From Camelus dromedarius (lineage: Eukaryota): a DNA stretch of 64,000 nt. The stretch spans positions 32,552,001 through 32,616,000 of the forward strand of contig NC_087437.1 of the NCBI RefSeq assembly GCF_036321535.1. The letters run 5' to 3'. The stretch's first letter is position 1. Each line of letters begins with the position of its first letter. The position numbers were made by a program, and so were the translations under genes. The notes under the pieces are model-generated. The model was not told the DNA's origin and made no database searches. It saw nothing but the letters and a program-made list of their open reading frames with translations. Shown in pieces: positions 1 through 13,305 of this stretch.

Positions 1-592
1 GGATGTGAGCCTAGTTACGACTCTTACGATCTGAGCCCAAATCAGACCTCCATTGCTGTAACTGTCCATTCACAGGTAAAAATAACTATGGGAGCACCAG
101 TGCATCTCCTAGATCTTCTCACCATTTTGTAGCAGCAACCCTAACTCTTCATGATGCTCAGGATCAGTTACCTCTGCCAATACGGTAGCTCCTTTCTTTT
201 CTACTATCACAAAGAGCCCTAAATGACAAGGTGTCAGCCACAGCTTTATTTTACATGGGAGGAAGTGTTCCTCCTCTGGGGACCTCTAAACTCACAGAAC
301 CTAAAGAAAGTTGTGTGGCCATTTGCATACGGACCCACTTGCTATCCTATAAGTGAGTCCCTGGGGCTGAGCTATTCACAGATACTTTTAGCTTACCGAC
401 TCCAGTAGCCCAAGAGCAAACTTTCAAAAAAGTCACAGGTTCAGATCACTGGATGAAGTTTGGGGAGAGGTACAGAGAAATGATCAAAGAGATCCAAGGG
501 CTTGTGGGTAGGGAACGAAGAGTATGTGCTATAGAATCAAACAAGAAAGTTCCAGGCAAATTATTGCTTCAAGAAGCTTGTAATTTTCTAGG

Positions 593-860
593 CTTCATTC
601 ATTCAATGAGTACCCAAAATGTGCCCAGTGTAGTGCTAGGTGCTGATGGCACAGATACAAGTAACACACTGTACTTTCTTCACCCACAGAGTTCACAGTT
701 CAGTGTGGGAGACAGACGAGTAAACCAATGTTTGATATTTTGGTGACAAGGAGCACAAGAGGAAAGTGAGGAGTGACTGAGAGTCAAGAAGGCTCACAGA
801 GGAAGTGCCTTCTTAACCAGGTCTGAGATATGAATACAAGTTCACCAGCCAGAGTATTAG
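593..860 (-). mobile_element. L2 LINE 3' fragment
   Basis: TTCATTCATTCAA..GAGTACC..ATGTGCCCAGTGTAGTGCTAGGTGCT is the reverse complement of the L2 3' tail. Confidence 0.7.
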
Positions 861-893
861 CCTCAGGAGAGGGTAAGAGAGAGACAAAGATAA

Positions 894-1402
894 TGTCTTC
901 ATTTGGGTTGCTATAACAAAGTACCATAGACTGGTGGCTCTTAAACAATATAAGAAATTTATTTCTTATACTTTTGGAGGCTGGAAGTCCAAGATCAGGG
1001 TGCCAGAATGATCAGATTCTGGTGAGAGCTCTCTTCCAGGCTACAGACTGACAACTTGTGTCTTCACATGGTGGAGAGAGAGAGAGAAAGCTCTTTCATG
1101 ACTTTTTTTTTTCTGGTGGGGGGAGGTGGTTGGAGGTAATTAGGTTTATTTATTGATTTAATTTTTTTATGGAGGTACTGGGGACTGAAGCCATGCTAAA
1201 CATGTGCTCTACCACTTGAAGTATTCCCTCCCCACCTTTCATGACTCTTATAAAGGCACTAATCTCATTTAAGAGGGCCCCATCCTTGTGGCCTCATCTA
1301 AACCTAACTACCTCCTAAAGGTACCACTTCCTAATACCACTACATCGAGGGTTAGGACTTCAACATAAGAATTTTAGGGGGCACAAACATTCAGTTCATA
1401 AC
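894..1402 (-). mobile_element. MaLR solo LTR (MLT1A-like), split by a SINE
   Basis: GCTATAACAAAGTACCATAGACTGG..GGAGGCTGGAAGTCCAAGATCAGGGTGCCAG..CACAAACATTCAGTTCATAACA is the reverse of the MLT1A-type LTR; the same family occurs on + at 25798. Confidence 0.85.
1104..1235 (-). mobile_element. tRNA-derived SINE, camelid Vic-1 type
   Basis: Minus strand has a tRNA-like head (GGGGAGGGAATACTTCAAGTGGTAGAGCACATG..CCCCAGTACCTCC), then AATAAACCTAATTACCTCC and an A tail; perfect 11-bp TSD CTTTCATGACT at 1093-1103 and 1236-1246. Confidence 0.85.
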
Positions 1403-2394
1403 AGAGAAGGAATATTCATCCAAATCCAAAATCCAAACACATGGCCCATTTTGGAAGTATAGCAATACAGGTGGGCAATGCCACAATTTATACTATGGCA
1501 TAGTCTCAACTTGTAATGAGATCTCAGGCCTCCCTGTGCTCATCCCCAGTTCTGCCAAGCAGAAGAGGAAAACAGCATGAGTTAAGGTCAAGGGTAGTTT
1601 GGGGCCCTCATAGTAGGAGATAAAGCATTCAGCGGAATATTTGAAAAAGTTAAAATCTGTTCCTGCATTCAATTCTCTTAAAAATGGGAATAACAGCACC
1701 ATTTGTGGGAATCTGTCTCTTGGCATTTCCTCTCCTAGGTTCTTCTTCTGTTCTACTGTTCTGCTCTTCTTCCTGCCTCGAACTCTGATAATAATATGGA
1801 GAGCTCCAAAGCTTAAGGCCAAGTAGAAATCAAGAAAATTAGAACAAAAGGAACCCCAAAATATCCCTGAAGCCCCTCAAAGAAGGGAGCTAGGCTAGAC
1901 CTTATAGAAATTACAAAGATTTTTCTCCTGTTCCGGCCAATGTTTAAACTAAAATCAATCTGCTTGATTTATTAAATTTCATTAAACTGACACTAATCTT
2001 GCCCCATTTGTTGATATCCTCTATTAGCCAGTGTTACAGCTGAAAATATATGGCACATGGAGACAGCACGTATTCAAGGACTTGAGGCAAACAAGGCCAT
2101 AGTGCCTCTGATAGGAGATACTAAGTCCAAGCAGCTCAGGCTGTCCCCCAGGCAGTATTAAAGTCACAAAGGAAAATATCAGAGCCAAAGACTACACAAT
2201 GCCTAGACCCTGTCAGCCTTTCCACATGGCACAATTTCAAGAGTATAGATAAAATACCTTCTATGACCACAAACTATACCCTGAACTCTAAAAATTCCTT
2301 TGTCCACAGAGGCACAACTCTGTTTTAAGTCTTACCTGAAGTTTATGCCTCAACAAAAATTGACTTATTGAATTTGAATGAACAAATGTTTACA

Positions 2395-3350
2395 GTCAAC
2401 ATTTTCAATAACTATTTATTGATTACCTGCTGTGTGCCTGTTAGAAGCTCTGTGCTAATTATTCAATGGTCAACAAGAGAGGCATGTTATTCTCATGGAC
2501 TTTAGACTAGAGACAAATAGTAAACAAGTATGTAAATAAAGACATGATAACAAATTATGATGTGCTATGAAGAAAAAGTATAGAATTTTATGAGTGATAC
2601 TTGCAGTGGATAAAGTGAGGTCGTCTACTTCAGACTAGTGATCAGGGAAGGCCTCCCTAACCAAGGCCTAAAAGGTCAGTGGGAGTCAACCAGACTTCAA
2701 GCTGGGAGAAGCGCATTCTCTGCAAGAACAGCTTATGAGAAGGATAAGGAAGAAAGAACTTTGGGAGTATGAGGAATGGAATAAGGATCAATGTGGCTGA
2801 GAATACGATAATCAAATGGAGACAGGCTAAGGAAAAAAAAAGATGAAATCTTGCCATTTACGACAACATGGATGGATCTTGAGGGTGTTATGCTAAGTGA
2901 AATAAGTCAGATGGAGACAGACAAATACGATATGATTTCACCATATGTGGAATATAAATAAATAAGTGAACAAACAAAACAAACACATAGATGCCAAGAC
3001 ACAGCAGTGGTTACCAGAGGGGAGGGGTTGGGGAGAAGGGTGAAATGGGTAATTGGGGTCAACTGTATGGTGACAGGTGGAAACTGAATTTTTGGTGGTA
3101 AGCACACTATAGGGTATATAGAAGTAGAAATACAATGTTGTACACATGAAACTTATATAATCTTATAAACCAATGTTACTTCGATTTTTTTTAAAGAGAG
3201 GACATAGGTTAAGAAGGGTCAGTCGAGGCAGAGTCAGGATCTGCTCTGCACAGATCATGATGTTTCAAAAGAATGGTGACATGATTCAGTTAAGGTTTTG
3301 TGGGGGAGGGGGTTATTATCTTTCTGGCTGCTGAGTAGAGAATGGATTTT
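2395..3350 (-). mobile_element. L2 fragment interrupted by an L1 3' end
   Basis: TATTTATTGATTACCTGCTGTGTGCC..GATCAGGGAAGGCCTCCCT..TCTGGCTGCTGAGTAGAGAATGGATT resemble antisense L2. Confidence 0.6.
2833..3192 (+). mobile_element. L1 3' end (ORF2 end and 3'UTR)
   Basis: GAAATCTTGCCATTTACGACAACATGGATGGATCTTGAGGGTGTTATGCTAAGTGAAATAAGTCAG is the canonical L1 ORF2 terminus, followed by a G-rich 3'UTR. Confidence 0.9.
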
Positions 3351-4944
3351 AAAGTTGGGATGAGTAGGCATGAAAGAAGTGGGCTTGAGGGGAGGCAACT
3401 CCTCCCTGTAACCTAGTCTAGGGCCATCAAATACAAGTTACCCAAGCTTCATCCATTTGCCTGAGGTTGGCCACACCCAAGAGAGCATATGAGTAAGACC
3501 AGAGGCAGCCCCTCTGCTGGGTGCCATTTCTTAAAGTTGACCTGGAATCAAACTGGGAGTCAAACACATGAATGCCATGCTCAAGCCACCCATTTAGAAA
3601 TGAATGAATCAAAGTTGACCAAATAGACACTTTTATTATCCACAAATTAATCTCTGAATATATTTGAGTTGGCTGGTGGTGGGGGCCAGGGGGAAGCTAT
3701 TAATACAACCAGAATCAGGGAACGGTTTTTACTTTAGCAATTGCCCCTCACTTGGTAAAACATGAATTATCAATAAAGTGTTTTTCCACTGGGAGATTGT
3801 GCTTTACATATACAAAACTCATATAATTTGTGTTTATTGAAAAGATTTAGACACTGGAATATTATTTATGTTTTTAATTTGTCGGCACCAGTAAATAACG
3901 TCCCACTTAGCTAGCAGTTCCTGGGCAGAGCATTTACTTCTGAAATACAGTGTTGGTGACCTGTTCTGGCCACCTCATGCTTGGGGTTGCTGATCCATAA
4001 AACCATAATCAATGTGCTCAATAAATATTTATAGACTATATGGATGAATTAATGAATCTTTATATCTTTTCTATTTACCAGAAGAATCAACCCAACACAG
4101 ATCCTGCTTTGCAGTCTGTTGTAGCATTTAATTAACAACATCGGCGCCATTTTGTATTTTGTGACTTTTACTTCACTGCATCTACAACCCAATTTGTCAT
4201 CTTTAATATCACTGTGCATTCAATATGCATTTTTCACATTATGTTTTTTTTAATTTATAAAGTATATTTTTATTATCTATCAACATGCACTGAGGAAGCC
4301 CCTTAGAAAACTGGTTTACATTTATTTCCTTTTAAAACTTTTATTTCTGAAAAGGCCAAATGTGTACAAAGCACACTCACAGGCCCTGGGGGCAGCTATA
4401 AGGATGAACAAGGTTGAGACCCATTTTCAAAGACCTTTAAACTGGGAGACGACCCAGCTGGTGACTAAGCCCTATTGATTCTGCCTGTTAATGTTTCTGC
4501 AAACCATCCCCATAGCCAAGGCTCAGTTCAGGCCTTCAACATCACTCACCTGGACTATTGCAATAGTCTCCTGTCACTTTAGAAAGAAAGCTGTCTTTTC
4601 TTTTCTCTTCCCTTCACTTAAGACTAAAATATATTTTGAGAAAAGACAGTATCATCAATCCAGGGCATAGAGATTTTAATAAATGGGCTTTTGAAATGTT
4701 ACATCATAAATGAACTTCCAAGTTTATAAGTGGTCCTTTGACAGGATGCATCATGTCAATCTATAGCTCAGAACCCTTACTGATTTAATCCATAATTCAT
4801 ATAGTAATGGATCCTGAAACTTCCATTGCTTCCTTTATTCTTGCAAAGGTAGCTCTGCTCATACAACTTGAGGCTGATCAGCTGGTGCTATGTGGCTAAA
4901 ACAGTGCAGTGTCCTCTGAATGAGCCAATTAGTGAAACTTCACC

Positions 4945-5200
4945 CAGGATTTCTCAAACTTAGGTCATTATTGGACAACCTTACTACTTTAGCTGTACCC
5001 ACTTACCTTTTGTACTATTAGTAATTTAATTTTTAAAAATCAATTTCTTAATTTACTTATAAAGGTGATTTTTACATTACCAGTATGAACAGAAAACTAG
5101 TGTTAACTGTCATTAAAAGAAGCTTCCATAATTCCATAAAGGGCACAGAGTATTCACACAGCAACAGTGGAAAGAACACCACAGAGTTTGAGAAAGACTC
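4945..5200 (+). mobile_element. hAT-Charlie non-autonomous element (MER113-like)
   Basis: Degenerate terminal inverted repeats CAGGATTTCTCAAACT..AGTTTGAGAAAGACTC; interior resembles MER113. Confidence 0.6.
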
Positions 5201-6993
5201 AACTAGCCTACTTTATCACCTCCACTGATCAGGAAGGGAGCTGGGGAGTAATAATAGGACATTATAGTAAACTCAAGACTGGCCTGACTTAGCATAAATA
5301 ATCTAAAATTGAATTGGGTGTGTGACCCATTTATCACGAGGGTCTCCCGTGTGTCGCATGCTATCTGTGTTGGCCAGACCTCCCAGGCTAGTCTGGGCTT
5401 GGAAGCATTTGTTTCATTGTCTGCTTCTTAATAGAATCAGATGGCTTTCTTGAAAAATTGAAATCCTGGGAGGATCAGGCAAAGAATATGGAGAGAAAAA
5501 ATTATTTTTGGTGAATAATATTAAAGATATAGAAAAAGAAGGAAAACACAAAGATATGGCAAGGACACAGAAGTGGAGCATGTGCAACCAGAAGATGACT
5601 TGGGAGCAACTACACTCTGCTCTCCCAAAACAATTCTGGGTTTACTGCATAGGCACAAACCTGGAAATACTATTCATACAGAATAAAGGTTATAAAAATC
5701 TTCTGCAATGTTAACTGTTCTTAACTATGTAATCTAAATCATAACAGTAACAATCTAACTTAGGAAGAGATAAGTATTCTTTTGTTTGGAAGGTCTGGGC
5801 AAAGTCAGATTAAATTTTAGATCCTATTGGTTTTTTTTTTAATAATTTTGAGGCTTTGGAATAATTTTAAATGAAAATGATGTTGATGACAACAAAGACA
5901 ATCACAACAATTTCTGGCATTATACAACTTTATATAACTCTAATTCCTTTTATTGACATGTATTAGACCACTCAACAGAATCTCCTATTTAACTCATATC
6001 TCCTCAGCTATCTAAATTTCATTCTTCTTTCCTTGGTTTCATTCATTCATTCTTCTAACTAGTGTATGTTTGCTCTTTCATCTATATTTACTGTTGGGAG
6101 AATTGCTGACAAATGACAAATGCATTCACACACTTCATCTACCACTTTTCCTGCCAAAAGACCCACAGGATTCCAAGCCTGAAGCCTGGAGGGGCTTCTT
6201 CCAGACACTCATGCTTCCTCCGACAAATCCACGTACAAAAGGAGGGAAGGGAGGACTCAGAGTGTAGCACTCTGCAGCACGGCACCACATGGGAACCAAG
6301 AATGGTGGACTTGGCCAAATTTGGGACTGGTAACCCAGCTATAGCCCTCTCATTACTTCAGTCATTTCTGGGCTATGTGGCTCACACAACTAGCCCCAGA
6401 CCATTTTTCTTGCTTGGAATTCGGATGGAATTGAATGAGAGGAACCCCTGTCCCTATAAAACCACTGACAGCTCCTTGGCCACAAGCCATCACTGAATCC
6501 TGTTTAGAGGACATTTTTCAACATGACTCAGAATAATCTTCTGGAACAAAGTGTCCTATGAATAATACCAAGCTCACTTAAAATGAAGGTGACTAATGGA
6601 GCTTGCTTTTAGATTGGCAGCTAAAATGTCTCATAACACAACTAATGCTTTGAATTAAAGGCCTTAACAAAAGAAACGGGGAAAAAAATTTATAGGAGTA
6701 ACTCCAATAACCATAGCTAGACAAAAAAAAAAAAAAAAAAGACCCAGGGAAGAGACATTTTTCACTCTTGTTTTACTCTAAAGAAACTTATTACGCTAGG
6801 ATTTCACTTAGGAAATCTATTAATAGAGAGAGTCAATCCTAAGTTATACTCAAATGGGATATATTTCAGTCAAATAACACCAGCACATGTTTGACTGCCT
6901 AATTTTGGAAGGCACTAGTTGTGGTAGTGGAAAGAACAGAAAGAGGTATGATAACATATGGTACCTGCCCTCAGGCTATTAATAACTTAGATT

Positions 6994-7199
6994 CGGGCTG
7001 TCAAATAAAATACAAGATGACAAGTTAAAATTGAATTTCACCTAAGCAAAGAATCATTTTTTAGTATAGGTATTTAATATAAGTATGTCCCACATAATAT
7101 TTGAGGAATATTTATGTTTTTAAAATTGTTCATTGTTTATCTGAAACTCAAATTTAACTGAATGTTTTATATTTTTATTTGCTAAATCTGAAAACCCTA
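6994..7199. mobile_element. MER53 palindromic hAT MITE
   Basis: CAGTTAAA(A)TTGAATTTCA-type arm, TAAGTATGTCCCA centre and TTGTTTATCTGAAACTCAAATTTAACTG..TTTGCTAAATCTGAAAACCCT arm. Confidence 0.8.
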
Positions 7200-8479
7200 T
7201 CTAGACCAGAATAATAATTCAACAAATAGTTATGAATGCCAACTGTGTGTTAATGACTGTCCTTGATGCTGAATGGTTAAAAAAAGTCAACAAAAGTTCC
7301 TGCCCTCATGGACGTAAGGGTAATAATAAATAAGAAAGAAATAATTACAAATATATGTTATTTATTACAATGCATGCTATGAATGGAGTGAGAAGGGAAC
7401 TGTAGAGTGAATAATATTTGAGGGGTAAACATCAACATTGTATAAGGTTGTCACCTGCAAGATGAAGAATTGCTAGCCAGGGGAAGTCTGGGGGGGAAAA
7501 GCCTTCCAGTTAAAGTAACTTCTTGTGTGAGGTCTCTAATGAAGGATAAAGCTACTGCATCAAAATTCAGTGTTGCCCAATCCCCATTCATTGCTAGACT
7601 GTTCTGTACATTATCAGACAGTAGTCTCCCTGGTACATCCCAGTCACTGAGACAACAAAAAATTCTCTCATGTATTGTCAACCCTCCCTTCTCCCCACTA
7701 GCATTAAAAACCACTGAGTAAGAGGAACTAGGGCCCAATCACACCAAGCAATGTGGGCCATCTATGGGCAAGCTTTAAATGAGTAGTTAAACAATAATTC
7801 TCTCAGTAATTAAGACACAAGAATCAAATGAGAAACGGGGCACCTCAGCACTGACTGTTAGCCAATTTCATGTTCTAGGCAGCAAGTGCTTGGAGGCCGG
7901 AAGTAGATGAGCTTACCATTGGCCCCATGGTGTGGGAAGGTCATCCCAGAGAATGAGAACTCAAGACTTAAAGGATATATCTTGGCAGAAAAGATGAGCA
8001 GAGAAAACAGCCATCACAGGAAATTGTGTAAGCCCAGGTTCATAGCCACAAAAGAATGGATATCCACTTTGAGGGCCAAAACACACCAAGAAAGCCCTCT
8101 GCTCAACACATGACCATGGCTGGGTGTTCTGATTGGACCAAGGCTGGTCCCCCATGGGTCCTCAAAGTGAAGACAGAGGAGCAGGGCCACATACTCTCCT
8201 CCCCACCAAAATCTGCTGGGAAGCAGAACTCCTTTGCACCTACTGTAGGACGTAAAGTAACAGGCACTATAAGCCTACTTTAGCAATACCAACGTTAAAA
8301 ACCCCCAGATGTACTGAAAAGATGAATGGGAAAGAGAGATACAATTTGGTTTAGATAATGACTCTTGCCTTATGACAAAACTTGCTGAACGGTTTACTGA
8401 CACTAGAACATGGGGAACTCAAGGCACCAAGTGACCTCTCCACTTTGCCTCCCGCTGCTGTGTGCCCAGCCAGCTCACT

Positions 8480-8890
8480 TGCTGCCATTGCAAAACATCT
8501 TACATGTTTGCGTATGTTGTTCTCTAGGCCAAAAAAGTCTTTTCCCAATTATTTGCTTGGAAAAATTCTGATTCTTCCTTCAAAGCTCAACTCAAATATT
8601 CCCTTCTATGTGAAGTCTTCCTTGCTGTTTGAGCCTCACCTCCTAACATACCACCTCTATGCCCTGACATGCACATTCCACAGAGTCATGAATCCATGGC
8701 CTCCTCCTTGGGGCCTAGCATAGTATTTTACAAAATCCTCTACTGCAATACTCACCAGACTGTATTGTCCATTTAACTAGTTACTTCCTTTTTCCTTTAC
8801 TTCACTGTGAGCTCCTTACAGATTAAGACAGCTTACCCCTGATTCTGCATTAACACAATCAGGACACATAGTATGTGCTCAATAAATATA
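8480..8890 (+). mobile_element. L2 3' fragment
   Basis: TTCCTTCAAAGCTCAACTCAAATATTCCCTTCTATGTGAAGTCTTCC..CACATAGTATGTGCTCAATAAATA. Confidence 0.7.
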
Positions 8891-9569
8891 GGGGAAAAGG
8901 GAGACACAAAGAGAAGGAGGAAAAAAAGAAAGAAAAGGAAAATAAAGGAAGAATAACTTTTCTGTTGAATTTAACATACTGAAAATCACAAAAAAAATTC
9001 TTAATGAAGCCTAATTTAAAGAACATTTCTGTCATTTTAAGGAATAGACAATTGTTGAACATTCTTTCTTAATATGCAAGAAATGTGTTGCCAATGATTA
9101 TTCACAGATCAGAGATTCTCCACCTAGAAATGAGTCTAAATCAAGGACTCTGCTCTGGAGAAAATACGGAAAGAAAGAGGAATGTTTCTCTCTCACACGT
9201 GAATTTGGGGAACACATACATATCTTAGCATATAATAAAAATGGTTAGTCTCTGTAGCAAATACTAATAAAATTTATATTTGTTTAACAAATTATAACAA
9301 AATTTTAATATACATGTACTTTACATTTATTTTAAATCATAAGAGACCTGTTTTTATGAGCAACACTGTTTTTAACCTAATTCTAATTTTTTCCCAACTA
9401 GTTATGGTCCATCTTATCAAGACAAGGGCTTAAAAGAAAATTAAGGGAAAATGTAGTATAAAACAACTGGCAAAAAAATTTTTAATTTTTTCTACCAATT
9501 AAATGTTGTGTTGTAAAAGATCACACAAATCAGAAGTTGTTAATGATGAGGTAAAAAATGAAGGTACCT

Positions 9570-10150
9570 AGTGAGGGTGGAGTTCAGGAGGTCTTATTAG
9601 TGGCTCTGTATTAGAATCTAGAAACATCTTTATGTAGACTAATTATATTGCGGGTCCAGAGGAGATTTACAATCTGATTTGCCACTGAGGACTCCATGTA
9701 ATCTTCGTTGAGGACTGACACCATTTTATCTTTGCACATTCCCTGTTTCTCACACAAGTAATTCTGTCCTTTCTACATTGTCAGCTCTGACAGGCTGATT
9801 TAATCTGCAGGATTCTGAATGCCTCTGACCACTGCAGCGAGTCATTAACCTTGACTCGCATAATTGAATTCAAGGTTGATTGCCTGTGACCCTCTGCACT
9901 GAGGTCTTCTAAATGTACATATTCATTATGGGCAGCCTCGCTAAACGGATTGCACAGGGAAAGCTGTAGCAATCGGCCTGTTTGGTATGCAGGGGTCGAA
10001 GAGGGCACTAATTGCATGTTAGAGCTGAGGATTAGATTATGAAACGAGTGAGAAAATGAAGATAGATCCTCTGACACTGTCAGATTAGGGGCAGCAACAT
10101 GAGGGAATATGACATCGAAATTTACAGTGACATTAACAGAAAGAAAATTA
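9570..10150. promoter_or_regulatory. Putative conserved non-coding element or enhancer
   Basis: Non-repetitive; about 10 CpGs in about 470 bp against a CpG-poor background; many TAAT/ATTA cores; inverted TGACA pairs at 9779-9792 and 10070-10084. Conservation is inferred, not measured. Confidence 0.5.
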
Positions 10151-11667
10151 GAAACAAATAGACATTGGACTTTTTTTTTAATCCTCATATTTTCTACCAT
10201 CACCTAATAAACAGAATATAGAATATGGGAACAAGAGCCTGGATCTTTTTTTCATCTGCATAATCGCAGCAGAACAATAGAATTTTTTTAGGTAGCTTTT
10301 CAGAGACTAGGAAATCACATTATGGCCACTTTAACATTACACGTTATGCAATAGTTAGGCCATGTTTAAATAACTGGCTTAACACACCAAATGCCATTTT
10401 GAGTTGCCGAGAAAAGACATTCACATATAACTTCAGTGAACCTGGAGTATGTACAAGTTTTTACGTGTTCAAAATTACTGTCAACAGTTCTGTCAACCAA
10501 TATTATAGGGTTCAATTTTGGTAAAAAGCCAGCTTACAAAATTATCTCTATTTCTACTTTTTTATTGATTTTATGTCACTTTAGAGTTAAAACAAATGTG
10601 TATTTGTTCAAGTCAAACAAGTCTTCTGCATACAAGAGCTGCTTAAGTTAATAGCAAATGGTTCTACAAATCACTTCCATTTTCCAGAAGCAAATGTCTA
10701 CACTGTTACAAACACAACAAGTAACTTGGTCAGAGGTAAAACTGTGTACTTTCCAGGAACCTTTTTCTTTACCATTTCGGGGTGGGACGCTACTTGAAGA
10801 ACCTTTCCTTGTACTTTTGCCAGTTGTTTGATGGTTTATTTTAAAGGAAAATGACAGCCTGTCTTTCTTGACAACAAAAAAACATATAAAACTTAATGGC
10901 ACAGGATGTTTAAAAACAAAAAACAAATGCTCTTGGTGTTCAATCACAGCTAGAAATGAGTGTTAAACTGGATAAAAGTTAAAGATTCTATCTCTAGAGA
11001 AGCCGAGTTCAGTTTTGCTCTGTCTTGCTTTTGCTTTGTTTTCGAAACAAGCCCACCAAATGGTCCCTGTGGTACTGCAAGATAATTCTCCCGAAATGTT
11101 CTACAGCATTTTCAGATGGTTAACTTGGTTTGCATTGATCTTTCAAAATGAAACTTATTTTTGCTACTTCAAGAAACTAAATGGAAGGAGAAGTAACTTC
11201 CTAATAATTATGCCTTATTGGGAACTCCCTTCCAGTGTAAGTAATGAACTCATAACCAAGCCTCGTGGTAAAAAGAAAAAGCCATGAATGACTTCAGAGC
11301 CTGGGAACACACACTTTTCAGAGGCTGTGTAGATGGTCTCCAATGCACTTTCCAGAGACATTTAAATGAGAGCAGATACTTGTACTTAATACCTGTCATC
11401 CAAATCTATTAAATACATAATTACGTCAACTTCCAAATGAACCAATATTATTTTTTTCCTTTAATCAAAGGAAACAGGATTACTGGAGCTCATGCTCCAG
11501 TATTTGACACCTAGTGTCAAGACCCAGGTTCCAATACTATTCTGTTACCTTTCAGCCATGTGACACTGAGCCAATCACTCTCCATCTCAAATTGCGCACC
11601 TCAAGGTTTTTACGAAAATACCTGCAAGATGTTACATAATTTCAAGTATTATTAAAATTACCAAAAC

Positions 11668-12213
11668 TGTTATCTCATTGCATAACAAACCACCCCAAAA
11701 CATAGGGACTTAACACCACAATGATTTGTTACTGCTCATGATTTGATGAGTTGCCAACTTGGGCAGTTCCTCTACTGATCTTGCATGGATCGTTGATGAG
11801 GCTGCCATCATCCATTTGGTGGCTTGACTGAGGTTCGAGGGTCCAGGACAGCCCTATTCACATGTCTTAAGTTGGTACTAGCTCTTAGCAGAGATCTCAA
11901 TCTATTCCAATTTATTCCTCAGTCAACGACCTCCCATCCTCTAACAGGCTAAAATGGACTTCTTTACAGCATTATCATCTCAGCTTCAAGATGGTGAGAG
12001 CAGACGCCACAAGGCTCCTTAAGTTCTTCTGGAGCCCACACATCTCTTCTGCTACAGTCTATTGGTCAAAGAAAGCCCCAAGGTCAGCTAGACTCAAGGG
12101 AGTAGAGAAATAGATTCCACTTCTTGATGGGAGTAGTGGTAAAGTTACATGGCAAAATGGATAGACACAGGGGGGCTTGATTCATTCAGGGCCATCATCA
12201 TCATAATCTACTC
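11668..12213 (-). mobile_element. MaLR LTR (MLT1F/G/H-like)
   Basis: GCATAACAAACCACCCCAAAACATAG..CTATTGGTCAAAG..GAAATAGATTCCACTTCTTGATGGGAG. Confidence 0.8.
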
Positions 12214-12504
12214 ACTAAAACATACATGATGATAATGGTACATTAATGTAAAAAAATAAAACACCAATTTGCTGACATTCAATTTGTGCTTTCTGGTACT
12301 GCCAAGGTTGAAGTTCCTTGCCACCCTCCCCTCCTCATGTCTCATTCAGTGTATGGATTGTTGACCTTTGGTCACTGAATATAAGGGTTGATCCTGCTTC
12401 TGATTTTGACAGGTGTCTGTGGAAACCAGTGCAAACTCCCCCTCCACCAACTTTGCCATCAGTGTTTGGCACTGCTGTGTGCACATATGGCACAATGAGT
12501 AAAC

Positions 12505-12730
12505 ATGTTGAGCTTTATTAAAGTCTGGAGACACAGATTTAAATCCCAACCCCAGCTACCTTGGTAGCTCTGAGTAAATTAACCTCTCTACACCTCAGTA
12601 TCTCCATCTGTGAAAGGGGACCAATGATAGTAACTAGATCACAGTTATGGCGAAGATTAAATTAGCATAATGCTTGTGATGTACTTAGTAAAGTGCCAGA
12701 CACTAGTGCATGTGCTCAACATGAAAGATG
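12505..12730 (+). mobile_element. MIR SINE
   Basis: Core TTAACCTCTCT..CCTCAGTATCTCCATCTGTGAAAGGGG..GAAGATTAAAT..AGTGCCAGACAC. Confidence 0.8.
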
Positions 12731-12769
12731 GTTTTTTGTTGTTGTTCATGTTTATTGAGGTTTTCCTCA

Positions 12770-13305
12770 AGCTTTATTGAGATATAACTGACACGTAACA
12801 TTGTGTAAGTTTAAAGTTTACAATGTGATGATTTGATATATGTATATGTTGTGAAATGATTATCACAATAAGGTTAGTTAACACATTCATCACCTCATAT
12901 AATTGTGTGTGTGGTGAGAACTTTTAAGATCTAGTCTCTTATCAACTTTCAGGTTGATACAACACAGTATTAACTATATCACCACACTGTACATTAGATC
13001 CCCCAACTTACTCATCTTATAACTGGAAGTTTGTATTCTTTTGACTTCTCCTCATTTTCCCCACCCCCACAAACACCCAGCAACCACCACTCTACTCTGT
13101 TTCTGTGAGTTAACCTTTTTAGATTCCACAGTATTTGGGATAAGTGAAATCACACAGTATTTGTTGTCTCTGTCTGACTTATTTCACTTAGCATAACATG
13201 CCCTTAAACTTCATCCATGATATTGCAAATAGCAGGAATTCCTTCATTTTTAGGGCTGAATAATATTCCACTGTGTATATATGCCACATCTTCTTTATCC
13301 ATTCA
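12770..13305 (-). mobile_element. L1 3' end (L1MA/MB-like)
   Basis: TTTATTGAGATATAACTGAC..TCTGACTTATTTCACTTAGCATAA..TAATATTCCACTGTGTATATATGCCACATCTTCTTTATCCATTCAT. Confidence 0.9.

Noticed and set aside
1104..1235. tRNA gene
   Set aside because: The tRNA-like head belongs to a SINE with an A tail and TSD, and its B box is damaged
9781..10203. 140-aa minus-strand ORF
   Set aside because: No recognisable domain and no convincing exon boundaries; better explained as a non-coding element
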